Assembly (NCBI GenBank): GCA_025055035.1
Contig: JANWZB010000004.1
Coordinates: forward strand, 1 to 58,829
Length of the DNA stretch: 58,829 nt
Source: Candidatus Kapaibacterium sp.
Lineage (GTDB): Bacteria; Bacteroidota; Ignavibacteria; Kapaibacteriales; UBA4661
Direction: 5' to 3'
Part shown: positions 36,462 through 46,238 of the stretch, piece after piece
How positions within the stretch are numbered: the first letter of the stretch is position 1
Layout of the letters: each line of letters begins with the position of its first letter
Notes under the pieces: generated by a model
The model's input: only the letters and a program-made list of their open reading frames with translations
Told to the model about the DNA's origin: nothing
Databases searched by the model: none
Translations under genes and position numbers: made by a program

Positions 36462-38162
36462 ATGCAATGGACACAGCGCGACACAATGTTCGCTCTTTGC
36501 ACAGCTTGCTTTGCAGCTTCCCTTGTTATCCCTCTGCTTAGTCTTGCACACCTTCTCGACCCCTTTGAGACTTTTTGCGCAGAAGTGTCGCGAGAGCTGC
36601 TTGTAACAGGCAAATACACAGTCATGCAGTATGACTTCGAGCCTCTGTGGAGTATTCCACCTCTGTTTCATTGGATACAAGCAGTCTCGATGCAAGCATG
36701 CGGTGTCACAGAGTATGCTGCACGATTACCCAATGCAGTCCTCAATGCTCTCGCTATGCCTATAGTGTTCGTTATAGGCAAATACCTGCATAATGAGCGC
36801 TTCGGCATTTTGTGGACGCTACTGTATGCAGCATCTTTCGTGAGCATTGCTCTCGCGCTATCCGCTGTATCATACCCTCTCGGCAATCTCTGCACACTTC
36901 TCGCTCTGTGCTGCTTATCCTTGTACTATGCACCGCGCACAGGAAGTCCACGAGCACTAGGCTGGATTATTGCCGCAGGAGTATTCGCAGGCTGTGCAGT
37001 GCTGAGTGTTGGCTTTCCTATACTCCTACTTGTAGTATGCACATGGTGTGGATACTGGATGACACAGCGCACAACAGTATCCTTCCCTTTCGGCGAAGGT
37101 GCAGTATTTCTCGCAGTGGTACTCCTTGTCTCATCTCTGTGGTTTGGCGCCGAGCTTCTCACAACTGGACTTCCATTCTTCCGAGAATTCCTCCTAGCGC
37201 AGGTGCCCACTCTTTCTCCTACTCCTTCCCTTAGCGATATACTATTGCGGTATACAATGCTTGCTGGGATGCTCCTTGCATGTTTTCCGGTCTCGGCGTT
37301 TGTTACACTACTGTCGGCAAAGCATTTAGCAGATACGTATGCGCTCTATCACTGTCGGGTGTGGCTTTCTATCTTTCTTGCAGTTGTAATGCTGTTCGGA
37401 GGCGTCTTTCCTCTGCAAGTGCTCGATTACTCAGTTCTTGTGTATCCTCTGTCATTTGTATCGGCATATACCCTGCTGGGGATTGTCGGCCGTGGTCATC
37501 ACCTCAAACGCTACACAGTGTTCATATTTGTCAGTATAGGTGGACTTTGGTCGGTATTGCTGATTGGGCTGCCTTTGATTGCTACGCATCCCAACTGGCT
37601 ATCTGACTCTTTCTCCCCAACATTGTTTCGCGAACAGACGCACGTACCCGTCGAATGGTCATTATGGGATTGGTGTATCGGAGCAGTGTTTATGCTAGGG
37701 CTTATCGGTATTCTCGCATTGATGCTCACCCGGCGCCATCTTGAATGGATATTACTGATGAGTATCATCTGTACTGCGATATTCTACGTAGCTTGTGTGC
37801 AATTTCTTCCCAAGCTTGAAGCGCACCTTCAGCATCAAGTTCTAACGTTCTACAAGCGTGCAGGCGCTGAGCACGCGTACCTTGTAACGCTAGGATTTGA
37901 AAGCCCAGCAGCGCTTTTCTACAGCAAAAAATCTCCTGCCAATGCAGCATCAGCACATAATCTCACGAGAGAGGACTTTACAGCATGGCTCCTAGAGGGC
38001 ACTCTCGACAAGCCAGCATACTACGTTTGCAAGATTTCTAACGCCAAGCATTGGCGCAACCACCCCAACCTGACCGAAGTGACTGCGGGCAGTGAGTTCG
38101 TTCTATTCAAGCGCGAGCCCACACAGCCTTCTTCAACAACATCTCTTCCTCGACGAGACTAG
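36462..38162 (+). CDS. GT39/ArnT-like (PMT_2) polytopic membrane glycosyltransferase
   Basis: More than 10 predicted TM segments. N-terminal loop FEPLWSIPPLFHWIQAV...TEYAARLPNAVLNALAMPIVFVIGKYL is typical of ArnT/PMT-type enzymes. Starts 9 nt after the ARH stop. Confidence 0.8.
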   Translation: MQWTQRDTMFALCTACFAASLVIPLLSLAHLLDPFETFCAEVSRELLVTGKYTVMQYDFEPLWSIPPLFHWIQAVSMQACGVTEYAARLPNAVLNALAMPIVFVIGKYLHNERFGILWTLLYAASFVSIALALSAVSYPLGNLCTLLALCCLSLYYAPRTGSPRALGWIIAAGVFAGCAVLSVGFPILLLVVCTWCGYWMTQRTTVSFPFGEGAVFLAVVLLVSSLWFGAELLTTGLPFFREFLLAQVPTLSPTPSLSDILLRYTMLAGMLLACFPVSAFVTLLSAKHLADTYALYHCRVWLSIFLAVVMLFGGVFPLQVLDYSVLVYPLSFVSAYTLLGIVGRGHHLKRYTVFIFVSIGGLWSVLLIGLPLIATHPNWLSDSFSPTLFREQTHVPVEWSLWDWCIGAVFMLGLIGILALMLTRRHLEWILLMSIICTAIFYVACVQFLPKLEAHLQHQVLTFYKRAGAEHAYLVTLGFESPAALFYSKKSPANAASAHNLTREDFTAWLLEGTLDKPAYYVCKISNAKHWRNHPNLTEVTAGSEFVLFKREPTQPSSTTSLPRRD

Positions 38163-38187
38163 TACTGCATAGTATGCGATAAATTTA

Positions 38188-38685
38188 CTACCAATCCTCT
38201 GTACCGGGTTCACCTTTGAAGGGTCCGACAATATTTGACGTAATCCAGCCTCCGTAGAATCCGCCGGGTTGCGGACGCACTTGCTCGCCATTCACTGTGC
38301 ACTCATCCACAGCAGAAGCGTAAAACGCTACATGATTTTTCAGCACAGCAAATTCTGGTGTTGGATTAGGATAGTACCACGCAGCTCTTTCAGCAATCTT
38401 GTTATCAACGACAAGTGAGAAATACTTTGCAATCCCCTTCCACTCACAATAGGACTCACCATCGGCTTTCTTTAAGTACTTTGCTGCAATATCGTGCATA
38501 GAAATGTAGTACGTCGGTGGGTGGCTTTTTTCCAGCACGCGCTGCGCTCGGCGTGTTTCGGCAATCAGCACACCACCAAATCGCACTCGAATAAGCCCAT
38601 GAAATGGCTCTACGCGCGGCGGGCGCGGATAATCCCAGACGGACTCTTGACCAACGTTAGGCGTAATAATCACTGGTGCTGCCAT
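38188..38685 (-). CDS. DUF427 domain protein
   Basis: ESVWDYPRPPRVEP...IRVRFGGVLIAET...CEWKGIAKYFSL...AAWYYPNP is the typical DUF427 pattern. Confidence 0.8.
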   Translation of the reverse strand: MAAPVIITPNVGQESVWDYPRPPRVEPFHGLIRVRFGGVLIAETRRAQRVLEKSHPPTYYISMHDIAAKYLKKADGESYCEWKGIAKYFSLVVDNKIAERAAWYYPNPTPEFAVLKNHVAFYASAVDECTVNGEQVRPQPGGFYGGWITSNIVGPFKGEPGTEDW

Positions 38686-38937
38686 ATCGCATATCAGTAT
38701 AACACATCAACAAAACGGTTCTCGTAGTTGCTTTTGTTCGCTCAAGAAATGTGCCAAAGCTTTTCCTGTTGTTGTTGGTATACACCATACGCTGCATGTA
38801 TAAAACGAGAATATATCGATAGTCCGCATTTTTTCTGTAGCTTTGCAGTTCTCATGGTTTAGTAGTCATTCTGTGCATCGTTTGCACAGAGCACCTCCTG
38901 AGACGTTGTTTCATCGTTTTGCAAAAGGAGAGCTGTT

Positions 38938-39816
38938 ATGCCATCAATTGCTTCACCGCATATGAGAGCAGCAATTATTCTAATAAGCTGCCCTGACCAA
39001 AAAGGTATAATCACTGCTGTTACGGAATTTGTATATCGTCATCAAGGGAATATTATCGACCTCGACGAGCATGTTGACTTCGATACAGGAACATTCTTCA
39101 TGCGAATTGAGTGGGATATGACAAGCTTCACTCTCAGCGACGACGAAATCCGGACGTACTTTCAACGGTATCTAGCAACACCCTACCAAATGAATTGGTC
39201 GCTATACTTTTCTGATGTTCAGCCTACAATTGCTCTTTTTGTGTCGCAGTATCTGCACTGCTTATACGACATTCTCGCACGCTGCGAATCGAAAGAGTGG
39301 GATGTTAAAGTACCGTTAATTTTTGGAAATCACGAAATAGCACGTCCCGTTGCCGAACGCTTCGGCGCAGAGTTTCACCTGATGCACATTACCAAAGAAA
39401 ACAAACGCGAGCAAGAGCAGAAACAGATTGCTCTCCTGAAACAGCACAACGTTGAGCTAATTGTTCTCACTCGCTACATGCAAACACTCAGCCCAGAGTT
39501 TGTTCATGAGTTTCCCAATCGTATTATCAACATCCATCACTCGCTTCTTCCTGCTTTTGTCGGGGCAAAGCCGTATCACCAAGCATACGAGCGTGGCGTC
39601 AAGATTATCGGTGCAACAAGCCATTACGTTACTGCCGAGCTTGACGCAGGACCAATCATCGAGCAAGATGTTGTGCGCATTACCCACAAAGACTCGATTC
39701 AAGACATGATTCGCAAGGGGCGCGATGTTGAGAAGGTCATTCTCGCGCGAGCAGTGCGCCTCCACATGCAGCGGAAAATTCTTGTTCACGGCAACAAAAC
39801 AGTGGTATTTATCTAG
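38938..39816 (+). CDS. purU: formyltetrahydrofolate deformylase
   Basis: N-terminal ACT (ILISCPDQKGIITAVTEF) plus IINIHHSLLPAFVGAKPYHQAYERGVKIIGATSHYVTAELDAGPIIEQDV. Confidence 0.93.
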   Translation: MPSIASPHMRAAIILISCPDQKGIITAVTEFVYRHQGNIIDLDEHVDFDTGTFFMRIEWDMTSFTLSDDEIRTYFQRYLATPYQMNWSLYFSDVQPTIALFVSQYLHCLYDILARCESKEWDVKVPLIFGNHEIARPVAERFGAEFHLMHITKENKREQEQKQIALLKQHNVELIVLTRYMQTLSPEFVHEFPNRIINIHHSLLPAFVGAKPYHQAYERGVKIIGATSHYVTAELDAGPIIEQDVVRITHKDSIQDMIRKGRDVEKVILARAVRLHMQRKILVHGNKTVVFI

Positions 39817-39845
39817 CTAGCACACTGTCCGGTTCTAGCAGCACG

Positions 39846-40604
39846 CTAACGCTCTGTAGTGCGCTTGTAACATCGGATACGGGTGTAGGGAATACCTTTT
39901 CTCAAGCAAAATTCCTCTTGGTCTGTGTGCACAGGTATTTCTTCCCATTCTGCATCATCAGAGCACTCTTCGATAACAAACCCGCCGTGCTGGCACAGTA
40001 TCTCACGCTGATACCTATCTACATCAGGCACATCGGTCATAAGGTATAGTATACCGTCGCTGCGCAGCACACGTGCACATTCGTTAAGGAAGGCTACAGT
40101 AAATGCACGACGGTAATGATGGCGCTTTTTGAACCAAGGATCGGGAAACAGATAAAAAATTTTGCGAATACTGGCATCTGAACAAAACGGGAGACCGTTA
40201 GCAACATTGTACCACAATGCCTCTGCATTACCCAAAATTCCACGTGGGCGCTCGCCGTCAATCACGCGACGAATCCAACGCACCGCATACTCACGAACCT
40301 CTAACCCTAAAATATTAACAGAAGGCTCACGCAGAGCCATTTCGAGCAAAAATCGACCCATACCGCAGCCAATATCGAGATACTCTGGTGCTCGACCATT
40401 CACAAAATGCGCACACCACTCTATCTGTGGTCGCAAAGGCGGATAGTATCGTGGCTCGATGCAAATTTGGTCTCGTGGTAAGTACTGATTCGAACTCACG
40501 TGATGACGCGAGCGTGGCTTCGGATACTTCGTGTAGTCAATTATAGGTATCATGGCGATAGTATTATGAATTGCTAACGTTTCACAAACGCCAACCTTTA
40601 TCAA
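39846..40604 (-). CDS. trmB: tRNA (guanine46-N7)-methyltransferase
   Basis: LDIGCGMGRFLLEMA (SAM motif), FPDPWFKKRHHYRR, ILYLMTD. Confidence 0.88.
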   Translation of the reverse strand: MIKVGVCETLAIHNTIAMIPIIDYTKYPKPRSRHHVSSNQYLPRDQICIEPRYYPPLRPQIEWCAHFVNGRAPEYLDIGCGMGRFLLEMALREPSVNILGLEVREYAVRWIRRVIDGERPRGILGNAEALWYNVANGLPFCSDASIRKIFYLFPDPWFKKRHHYRRAFTVAFLNECARVLRSDGILYLMTDVPDVDRYQREILCQHGGFVIEECSDDAEWEEIPVHTDQEEFCLRKGIPYTRIRCYKRTTER

Positions 40605-40686
40605 TTCATAACGTGCTAAAATTGCAGGAGTACAAATCTACGAAAATCGTATTATCGCAGCGGTTCATTTTTATATAGCTCTGTGA

Positions 40687-42708
40687 TTGTCCCACTCATT
40701 CATGCTCATGTGTTCTATGCTCCTTCGTTTCTCTTTGTTATGCTTGTATGTGTCCTTCGCATTGTTCAGTGCTCTGTGGGCACAAACCCCTACATCGCAA
40801 GGTATTTCCACACCAGGCTCACCACAGCTACGCTTTCTATCCCGCTGGCAAAATCCTCTTCCACCACAAGGCGCCGGCGGACTCTGTGAATCTATCGCCT
40901 ACGACCCACAAACTCGGCGACTCTTTATTGCAAATAGCCTGGTTACTGACGGACGCCGATATGTTCGTGTCGAAGTTGTCAATCTCGACAATCCTTTACA
41001 GCCCGTTACTGAAGCTTCACTCGATTTTTCGGCATTTGGAGCAGACGTTTCGAGTATTGCTGTCAGCAATGGAATTCTCGCAGCAGCAATGATTCAAGCT
41101 GTCAAAACGGATAGCGGGCGTGTTGTGTTTGTTGATGTTAGCAGCCCGGACATTCGCGATGCTTTGCGGTCAGCTCGCAGCGTTGTTGTAGGTGCACAGC
41201 CAGACATGATAACGTTTACTCCGGATGGTAGCAGGGTTCTTACAGCGAATGAGGGTGAGCCAACAGAAACAGGCTCATACCTGCCTGACCCTGAAGGCTC
41301 GGTGAGCATTATTACACTGCCTCTGCTCCCTAATGGTCGTGTCAACCTTGCAGCTATTACACAAGCAAATGTCCGATTTGTTCGTTTCAATGAGTTTAAT
41401 GTTGGCGGTCGTCGTCGCGCAGAGCTGCTCGATTCCAACGCTTTGCACCTACCATCACCAACAACAACAGCAAGCGTTCCCGGTGCTGCACCTGGTCGCC
41501 TTGTTACCCTAGCACAAGACCTCGAACCTGAGTATATTGCAGTGTCGCCAGATTCTCGTATAGCCTACGTCACTCTACAAGAAAACAACGCGTGGGCAAT
41601 TATTGATATTGCTGAAGCGCGTGTTATTGCTATTCGCGACATGGGACTAAAATACCATATTTTGCGCGGTAATGGTCTTGATGCAAGCGACAGAGGAACA
41701 ACTATCAACATTGCGAACTATCCCGTACTTGGGATGTATCAACCTGATGCTCTTCAAGCGTTCACAATTGGCAGGCAAACATTTATTGCTAGCGTGAACG
41801 AGGGCGACACACGCGGCTATGCAACATATAATGAAGAAGTACGTGTCGGTACGCTACGCCTGGACTCTGCACGCTTTCCTAATCGCGCTTTCCTTCAGCA
41901 AGACACGGTCCTAGGACGCTTGAATGTTACTCGCGCACGTGGAGACTTTGACGGCGATGGTGATTTCGATGCTCTGTATGTTCCCGGAGGACGTTCTATC
42001 GCCATTTGGAATGGAGGAGGAACGCTTGTTTGGGATAGCGGCGACGAGATTGAGCAAATCACTGCTCGCGCTTTGCCAAGTGCTTTCAATGTGAGTCGCG
42101 ATAACGTTACACGCAAAAATCGCAGCGACGACAAAGGACCTGAACCCGAAGGCATTGCTGTGGGTACAGTAGGCGATAGTACGTACATTTTTGCTGGTCT
42201 CGAGCGTACTAGTGGTATTATCGTATACAACGCTACCAATCCTTTCAACCCAAAGTTCGTTCAGTACATCACGACACGCGACTACTCACGCCCAATTGCA
42301 GGCGATGTAAGCACAGAAGCTTTGCTCTTCATTCCTGCATCGCAGAACCGCTTAAACATCCCGCTTGTTATTGCCTCGTACGAGGTAAGCGGAACAGTTG
42401 CTGTGTTTGCTTTTGAGCCACCACAACCGTCGCCACGCCTTGCAGCATCAGACGTTGGTATTCGTACTTCATATCTTAGCAATACGGTGGTGCGTGTTGA
42501 TGTTCCAGTGAACACCGTTGATGCTGTCACCATAAGTGTGTCCGACATTCAAGGACGTTTGCTCGAACACCATGTACATACGGGTACTCAGAACCAGTCG
42601 CATATCCAGCATATCATTAACTTTGATGGTAAGCAGCCCGGCGCTTACCTTCTTACCATAGAGATAAACGGCAAACACTACACAGAAACGCTCGTTATAG
42701 GACGCTAA
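40687..42708 (+). CDS. choice-of-anchor-I-type secreted beta-propeller-like protein with a T9SS type-A CTD
   Basis: EPEYIAVSPDSRIAYVTLQENNAWAIIDI, GLDASDRGTTINI, GMYQPDALQAF, NEGDTRGY, GDFDGDGDFDALYVPGGRSIAIW, SDDKGPEPEGIAVG. C-terminal sorting-domain-like tail. The start is probably ATG 40702 or 40717. Confidence 0.75.
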   Translation: MSHSFMLMCSMLLRFSLLCLYVSFALFSALWAQTPTSQGISTPGSPQLRFLSRWQNPLPPQGAGGLCESIAYDPQTRRLFIANSLVTDGRRYVRVEVVNLDNPLQPVTEASLDFSAFGADVSSIAVSNGILAAAMIQAVKTDSGRVVFVDVSSPDIRDALRSARSVVVGAQPDMITFTPDGSRVLTANEGEPTETGSYLPDPEGSVSIITLPLLPNGRVNLAAITQANVRFVRFNEFNVGGRRRAELLDSNALHLPSPTTTASVPGAAPGRLVTLAQDLEPEYIAVSPDSRIAYVTLQENNAWAIIDIAEARVIAIRDMGLKYHILRGNGLDASDRGTTINIANYPVLGMYQPDALQAFTIGRQTFIASVNEGDTRGYATYNEEVRVGTLRLDSARFPNRAFLQQDTVLGRLNVTRARGDFDGDGDFDALYVPGGRSIAIWNGGGTLVWDSGDEIEQITARALPSAFNVSRDNVTRKNRSDDKGPEPEGIAVGTVGDSTYIFAGLERTSGIIVYNATNPFNPKFVQYITTRDYSRPIAGDVSTEALLFIPASQNRLNIPLVIASYEVSGTVAVFAFEPPQPSPRLAASDVGIRTSYLSNTVVRVDVPVNTVDAVTISVSDIQGRLLEHHVHTGTQNQSHIQHIINFDGKQPGAYLLTIEINGKHYTETLVIGR

Positions 42709-42740
42709 GCCTCTCACTGACGTATTGCTTCAAAACACTG

Positions 42741-42770
42741 CCCGCGAGAAGACGATCTCGCGGGTTTTTA
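42741..42770 (+). terminator. rho-independent terminator
   Basis: cccgcgaga-agacga-tctcgcggg followed by tttttattt, 33 nt after the stop at 42708. Confidence 0.8.
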
Positions 42771-43064
42771 TTTACTACAAGCATGCACAAAATACACAAA
42801 ATGGCATACGAATTGCTTAATATCTTCCAACGTGTCAGTGAGACTTCGTAGATTGTACTACGATGGCATTATTCCTTATCCGTAGCTATAGGCGTGGAAT
42901 ATGAGCACACTGCCTTGTTTTGGAACAGGATAGTTCGTACTCGTAGGCAGCTATCCAGTCAGTTTCATTCTTTAGAACAGAATTTCTTTATATTATGTGC
43001 GCCGCATTATGCGACAGTCATAGACAGACATTTTACCTTTACGACATGAGAATATGGAGATGCT

Positions 43065-44342
43065 ATGAGATATGCACGCTTTCTCCGCTATGTAAGGAGG
43101 GCAGCAGGAAGTGCAGCAGGACTATTGCTCGTCATGGCTCTGCTACACTACAATAGTTTGGCTCAACGCAGAACAAATCCTAAAGACCTCAGTGCCCGCT
43201 TTATCAAGCTTGGTATGTCCTACCGCGAAGGTGGTGATATTGATAATGCACTATACTTCCTTAATAAAGGTCTCAACCTCGCAAAGCAGACCAAGAGCCT
43301 CTACTGGCAGGCAGCTGCGTATGAGATGCTAGGACTTGTATACAAAGACCTGCGCGATAAAGACCGTGCAGTATCAAACCTCCTTGCAGCACGACGCATC
43401 TACAACAGTATCATTAGCATGCCATATGGCAGCCAGATTGCTATTGAGCGAGAAATCGAGCAAGCACAGATGATGGATGTGCGTAATCTTGCAAGTGTCC
43501 CAGCGAATGAATCTCTACTTGCTCAAGAGGTTGAGGTGCTCCGTAATCAGGTTGATTTGTTGAAAAGTGAAAATGAAGCCTTGCGAGAAGAAATCGCAAT
43601 GCTACGGCGCACTGAAGCCTCGCCTCGCTCTAACTCCGAACGCATAAACAACACGACACAGAATACCAATGCGCCGTACAATAGCGCATTCAACGTCGAA
43701 CCTACAGGTATGCTTGATGAAGATACCCTTGAAAATATGCAAGGCGTTACCTCCATCGAGGAAGGACTGAAAAACCCCGATGCTGTTATTAAGCTTGATC
43801 TAGAAAACAACGGCATGAAGAAGCTCCCACCAGAAATTGGGCGCTTTCGTAACCTACAATATCTGAACGTGAGCCGTAATCAGCTCTCAGAGTTACCACC
43901 AGAAATAGGGAATCTCACAAAGCTCCAAGTGCTAAATGCCAGCGGGAATCAACTTGATATTATACCGCCCGACATTAGCCGCCTTCAGAATCTCAAGCAG
44001 CTTAATCTTTCGACAAATCTTTTGAAAAAGCTGCCTCCTGAAATTGGAAAGCTCGGCAAATTGGAGTTTCTCGATGCTAGTGAGAATCGTCTGACACAAG
44101 TTCCCGCAGCACTTGGTTTGGCAACAAACTTACGCACTCTATACCTACGAACTAACTCTCTCACAACCTTGCCGCTAGAACTTGGTAAACTTAAGCGTTT
44201 GCGTGACCTTGATATTGATGATAACTTCTTCACCGACGACGAACTAACGACCGTTTTTACTATCTTTCCCGACACGAATATTATCTCGCAAACTCAGCAA
44301 GGTGCCCAGACGGGTGAAGAGCAAACTACTGAGCAACAATAA
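43065..44342 (+). CDS. secreted TPR - coiled-coil - leucine-rich-repeat protein
   Basis: Signal AAGLLLVMALLHYNSLAQ. TPR-like ALYFLNKGLNLAK...AYEMLGLVYKDL. Coiled coil LRNQVDLLKSENEALREEIAMLRR. About seven 23-aa LRRs (LPPEIGxLxxLQxLNxSxNQL). Confidence 0.85.
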   Translation: MRYARFLRYVRRAAGSAAGLLLVMALLHYNSLAQRRTNPKDLSARFIKLGMSYREGGDIDNALYFLNKGLNLAKQTKSLYWQAAAYEMLGLVYKDLRDKDRAVSNLLAARRIYNSIISMPYGSQIAIEREIEQAQMMDVRNLASVPANESLLAQEVEVLRNQVDLLKSENEALREEIAMLRRTEASPRSNSERINNTTQNTNAPYNSAFNVEPTGMLDEDTLENMQGVTSIEEGLKNPDAVIKLDLENNGMKKLPPEIGRFRNLQYLNVSRNQLSELPPEIGNLTKLQVLNASGNQLDIIPPDISRLQNLKQLNLSTNLLKKLPPEIGKLGKLEFLDASENRLTQVPAALGLATNLRTLYLRTNSLTTLPLELGKLKRLRDLDIDDNFFTDDELTTVFTIFPDTNIISQTQQGAQTGEEQTTEQQ

Positions 44343-44412
44343 ATTATCAGACTATTTGATGCACAATGCACACAGAGCTACTCTCAATAACCACGTCGGA
44401 GACGCAGGTACT

Positions 44413-46041
44413 ATGAAACGTTTCACTTTTTTTGGTATGGCGCTTTTGTTCTACTTTGCGTCATATACGGTATGGAGTCAGGTACAGCGCCGTCCTATTC
44501 CTAGTCCTAGTCGGACAGCACCCGCAACTCGAGCGCCTGCAATAAATCGTGCAACAGGTACAACCGCACGTCCTGCTGCGACAACACAGCAAGCACCTGC
44601 TGCTATTGCAAACGATCCACCGCAAACAACACCTCGTGTGAATACAGCGCAACCACGCCAGCTACCGACGCGTCCGGGCATACCGCGTACGACGACACCG
44701 CGTACAGCAGCACCTGCAACACCTCGTCCTTCAGTAGTTGCACGACCAACTCAACCAGTTATTGACTATTGCACACTGTGCGTTAGTACACTAGCATCTA
44801 TTGAGCATCCACTGCAAGTTGGCTCGTTAGCTCGCCATGCAGCATTGGGAGGCGGTGGATACGGCATGGGTGGCGACATTCGCACATACGCAGCAAATCC
44901 TTTCATCGTCGATTCGTATTCTCTCACCATCAATCCAGCATACGCCGACCGCTATCGCAATGCAGTATTTGTGAATGCAGGTTCTGTTGCCGGTCCGAAC
45001 TCTCAGCCACTGAGCAATTTCGGCGGGCCTTTTATCGGTGCTATTTTTGATATTAGTCCCCGTGTTACTGTTGGCGGCATGGTATCATTTGAATCGTTTC
45101 CCGGAATTGGTGCGGTAAACACTGACGTTGTCAATATCATTGCTTTGACAAGCTTCTTAGGGTTGGCAAATCAGTATCCGGGCGGACCAGCTCCTCTTCC
45201 CGGCTTTGCTCAACTGCGCGCTCGCAATACTGGTCAATTGCAAGTTACGTACAACACAGGTGATGGTAAAGGCGGTGTTGCTATGGGTGCAGGCGTATCG
45301 TTCACAACGACTTCCCTTGCACCACTTGCCGTTGACCCTCGACCACAACCTGCAGCAAATATCACCCAGATTGGCTTTAATGCTGGTGTTCTTATCACAA
45401 CAAACAATGTATCTATACTCGACTTGTCGGGTACATTACTCTTACCCCGCGTTGTGCTACCAATTCCCGGCTCAACAAATGGGACACTAGGATTTAACAG
45501 TACTATTCTTGGTCTCAACGCACGCTATATCTCTCGTATTTCTCGCGAGTTTACTCTTATCCCTATGGCAAATCTGTACGCTATTCAGAGTGGCTCTCCG
45601 TACTACGGTAACGTTCTTGGAATTGACGCTGGTATTGGCTTTAACTACACGACCGGACCGTTCTTCTTTGTTGGCGGTATTAGTATTTCGAGTAATGCTG
45701 GCGGCAATCCGCCCAGCCAAAGTGTTATTGGTGCAACAATAGTGTCATCAGAATTAATTGTGCCACGTTGGAATATTGGTGCTGAGTACACCGTTGTGGA
45801 TTGGCTACGCCTTCGGGCAGGATACGCCGGATATAGCTCAACAGCACGGAGTAGTGATGTTGTCTTCCCATCATACTTCGGATATGCATTGTCTGAAGGT
45901 GTTTCTCTTGGTCTTGGTTTAGTCTTTGGGAACTTCTCCCTCGATGTTACAACTGATACCCGCATACTGCGACAGGGTCTCGGCAACATTGGTAGCGGTC
46001 AACCAACATTTGGCTTTGTATCTGCCAACTTCCGCTTCTAA
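44413..46041 (+). CDS. outer-membrane beta-barrel protein with a Pro/Thr/Ala/Arg-rich N-terminal linker; possible PorP/SprF-like
   Basis: Signal MKRFTFFGMALLFYFASYTVWSQ. ~95-aa P/T/A/R low-complexity region. SYSLTINPAYAD resembles the PorP/SprF YxxxxxxNPAYAG motif. C-terminus FGFVSANFRF. Confidence 0.6.
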   Translation: MKRFTFFGMALLFYFASYTVWSQVQRRPIPSPSRTAPATRAPAINRATGTTARPAATTQQAPAAIANDPPQTTPRVNTAQPRQLPTRPGIPRTTTPRTAAPATPRPSVVARPTQPVIDYCTLCVSTLASIEHPLQVGSLARHAALGGGGYGMGGDIRTYAANPFIVDSYSLTINPAYADRYRNAVFVNAGSVAGPNSQPLSNFGGPFIGAIFDISPRVTVGGMVSFESFPGIGAVNTDVVNIIALTSFLGLANQYPGGPAPLPGFAQLRARNTGQLQVTYNTGDGKGGVAMGAGVSFTTTSLAPLAVDPRPQPAANITQIGFNAGVLITTNNVSILDLSGTLLLPRVVLPIPGSTNGTLGFNSTILGLNARYISRISREFTLIPMANLYAIQSGSPYYGNVLGIDAGIGFNYTTGPFFFVGGISISSNAGGNPPSQSVIGATIVSSELIVPRWNIGAEYTVVDWLRLRAGYAGYSSTARSSDVVFPSYFGYALSEGVSLGLGLVFGNFSLDVTTDTRILRQGLGNIGSGQPTFGFVSANFRF

Positions 46042-46238
46042 TACTGTTGCCCTTATGACATTCTTTGCGAAACACGCTTTCTTCGCTCTTATTACGAGAA
46101 GGAATGTTGCAACCAACACTGGAGCAGCGTTCCTTGAAAGCTTTTGGTACTCGCTCTTGCTTCTCAGGGCAGTATGGTCATTCTGCGTTCCTATCACACT
46201 ATCTCTCCGACCTTTTTTGTTTTTTGGAGAATAACACT

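Noticed and set aside
38686-38937. 252-nt purU leader inspected for a ZTP (pfl) or other purine/folate riboswitch
   Set aside because: The conserved ZTP 3' element (CCGCCTGGGC-like) and its pseudoknot partner are absent. Only a simple 8-bp hairpin (tctgtgca/tgcacaga, about 38870-38890) is present.
42780-43064. 285-bp gap upstream of the TPR-LRR gene screened for small genes or structured RNAs
   Set aside because: Only 10-16-codon ORFs are present. No conserved RNA motifs (RNase P, SRP, tmRNA tag, 6S-like long helix) were recognisable.
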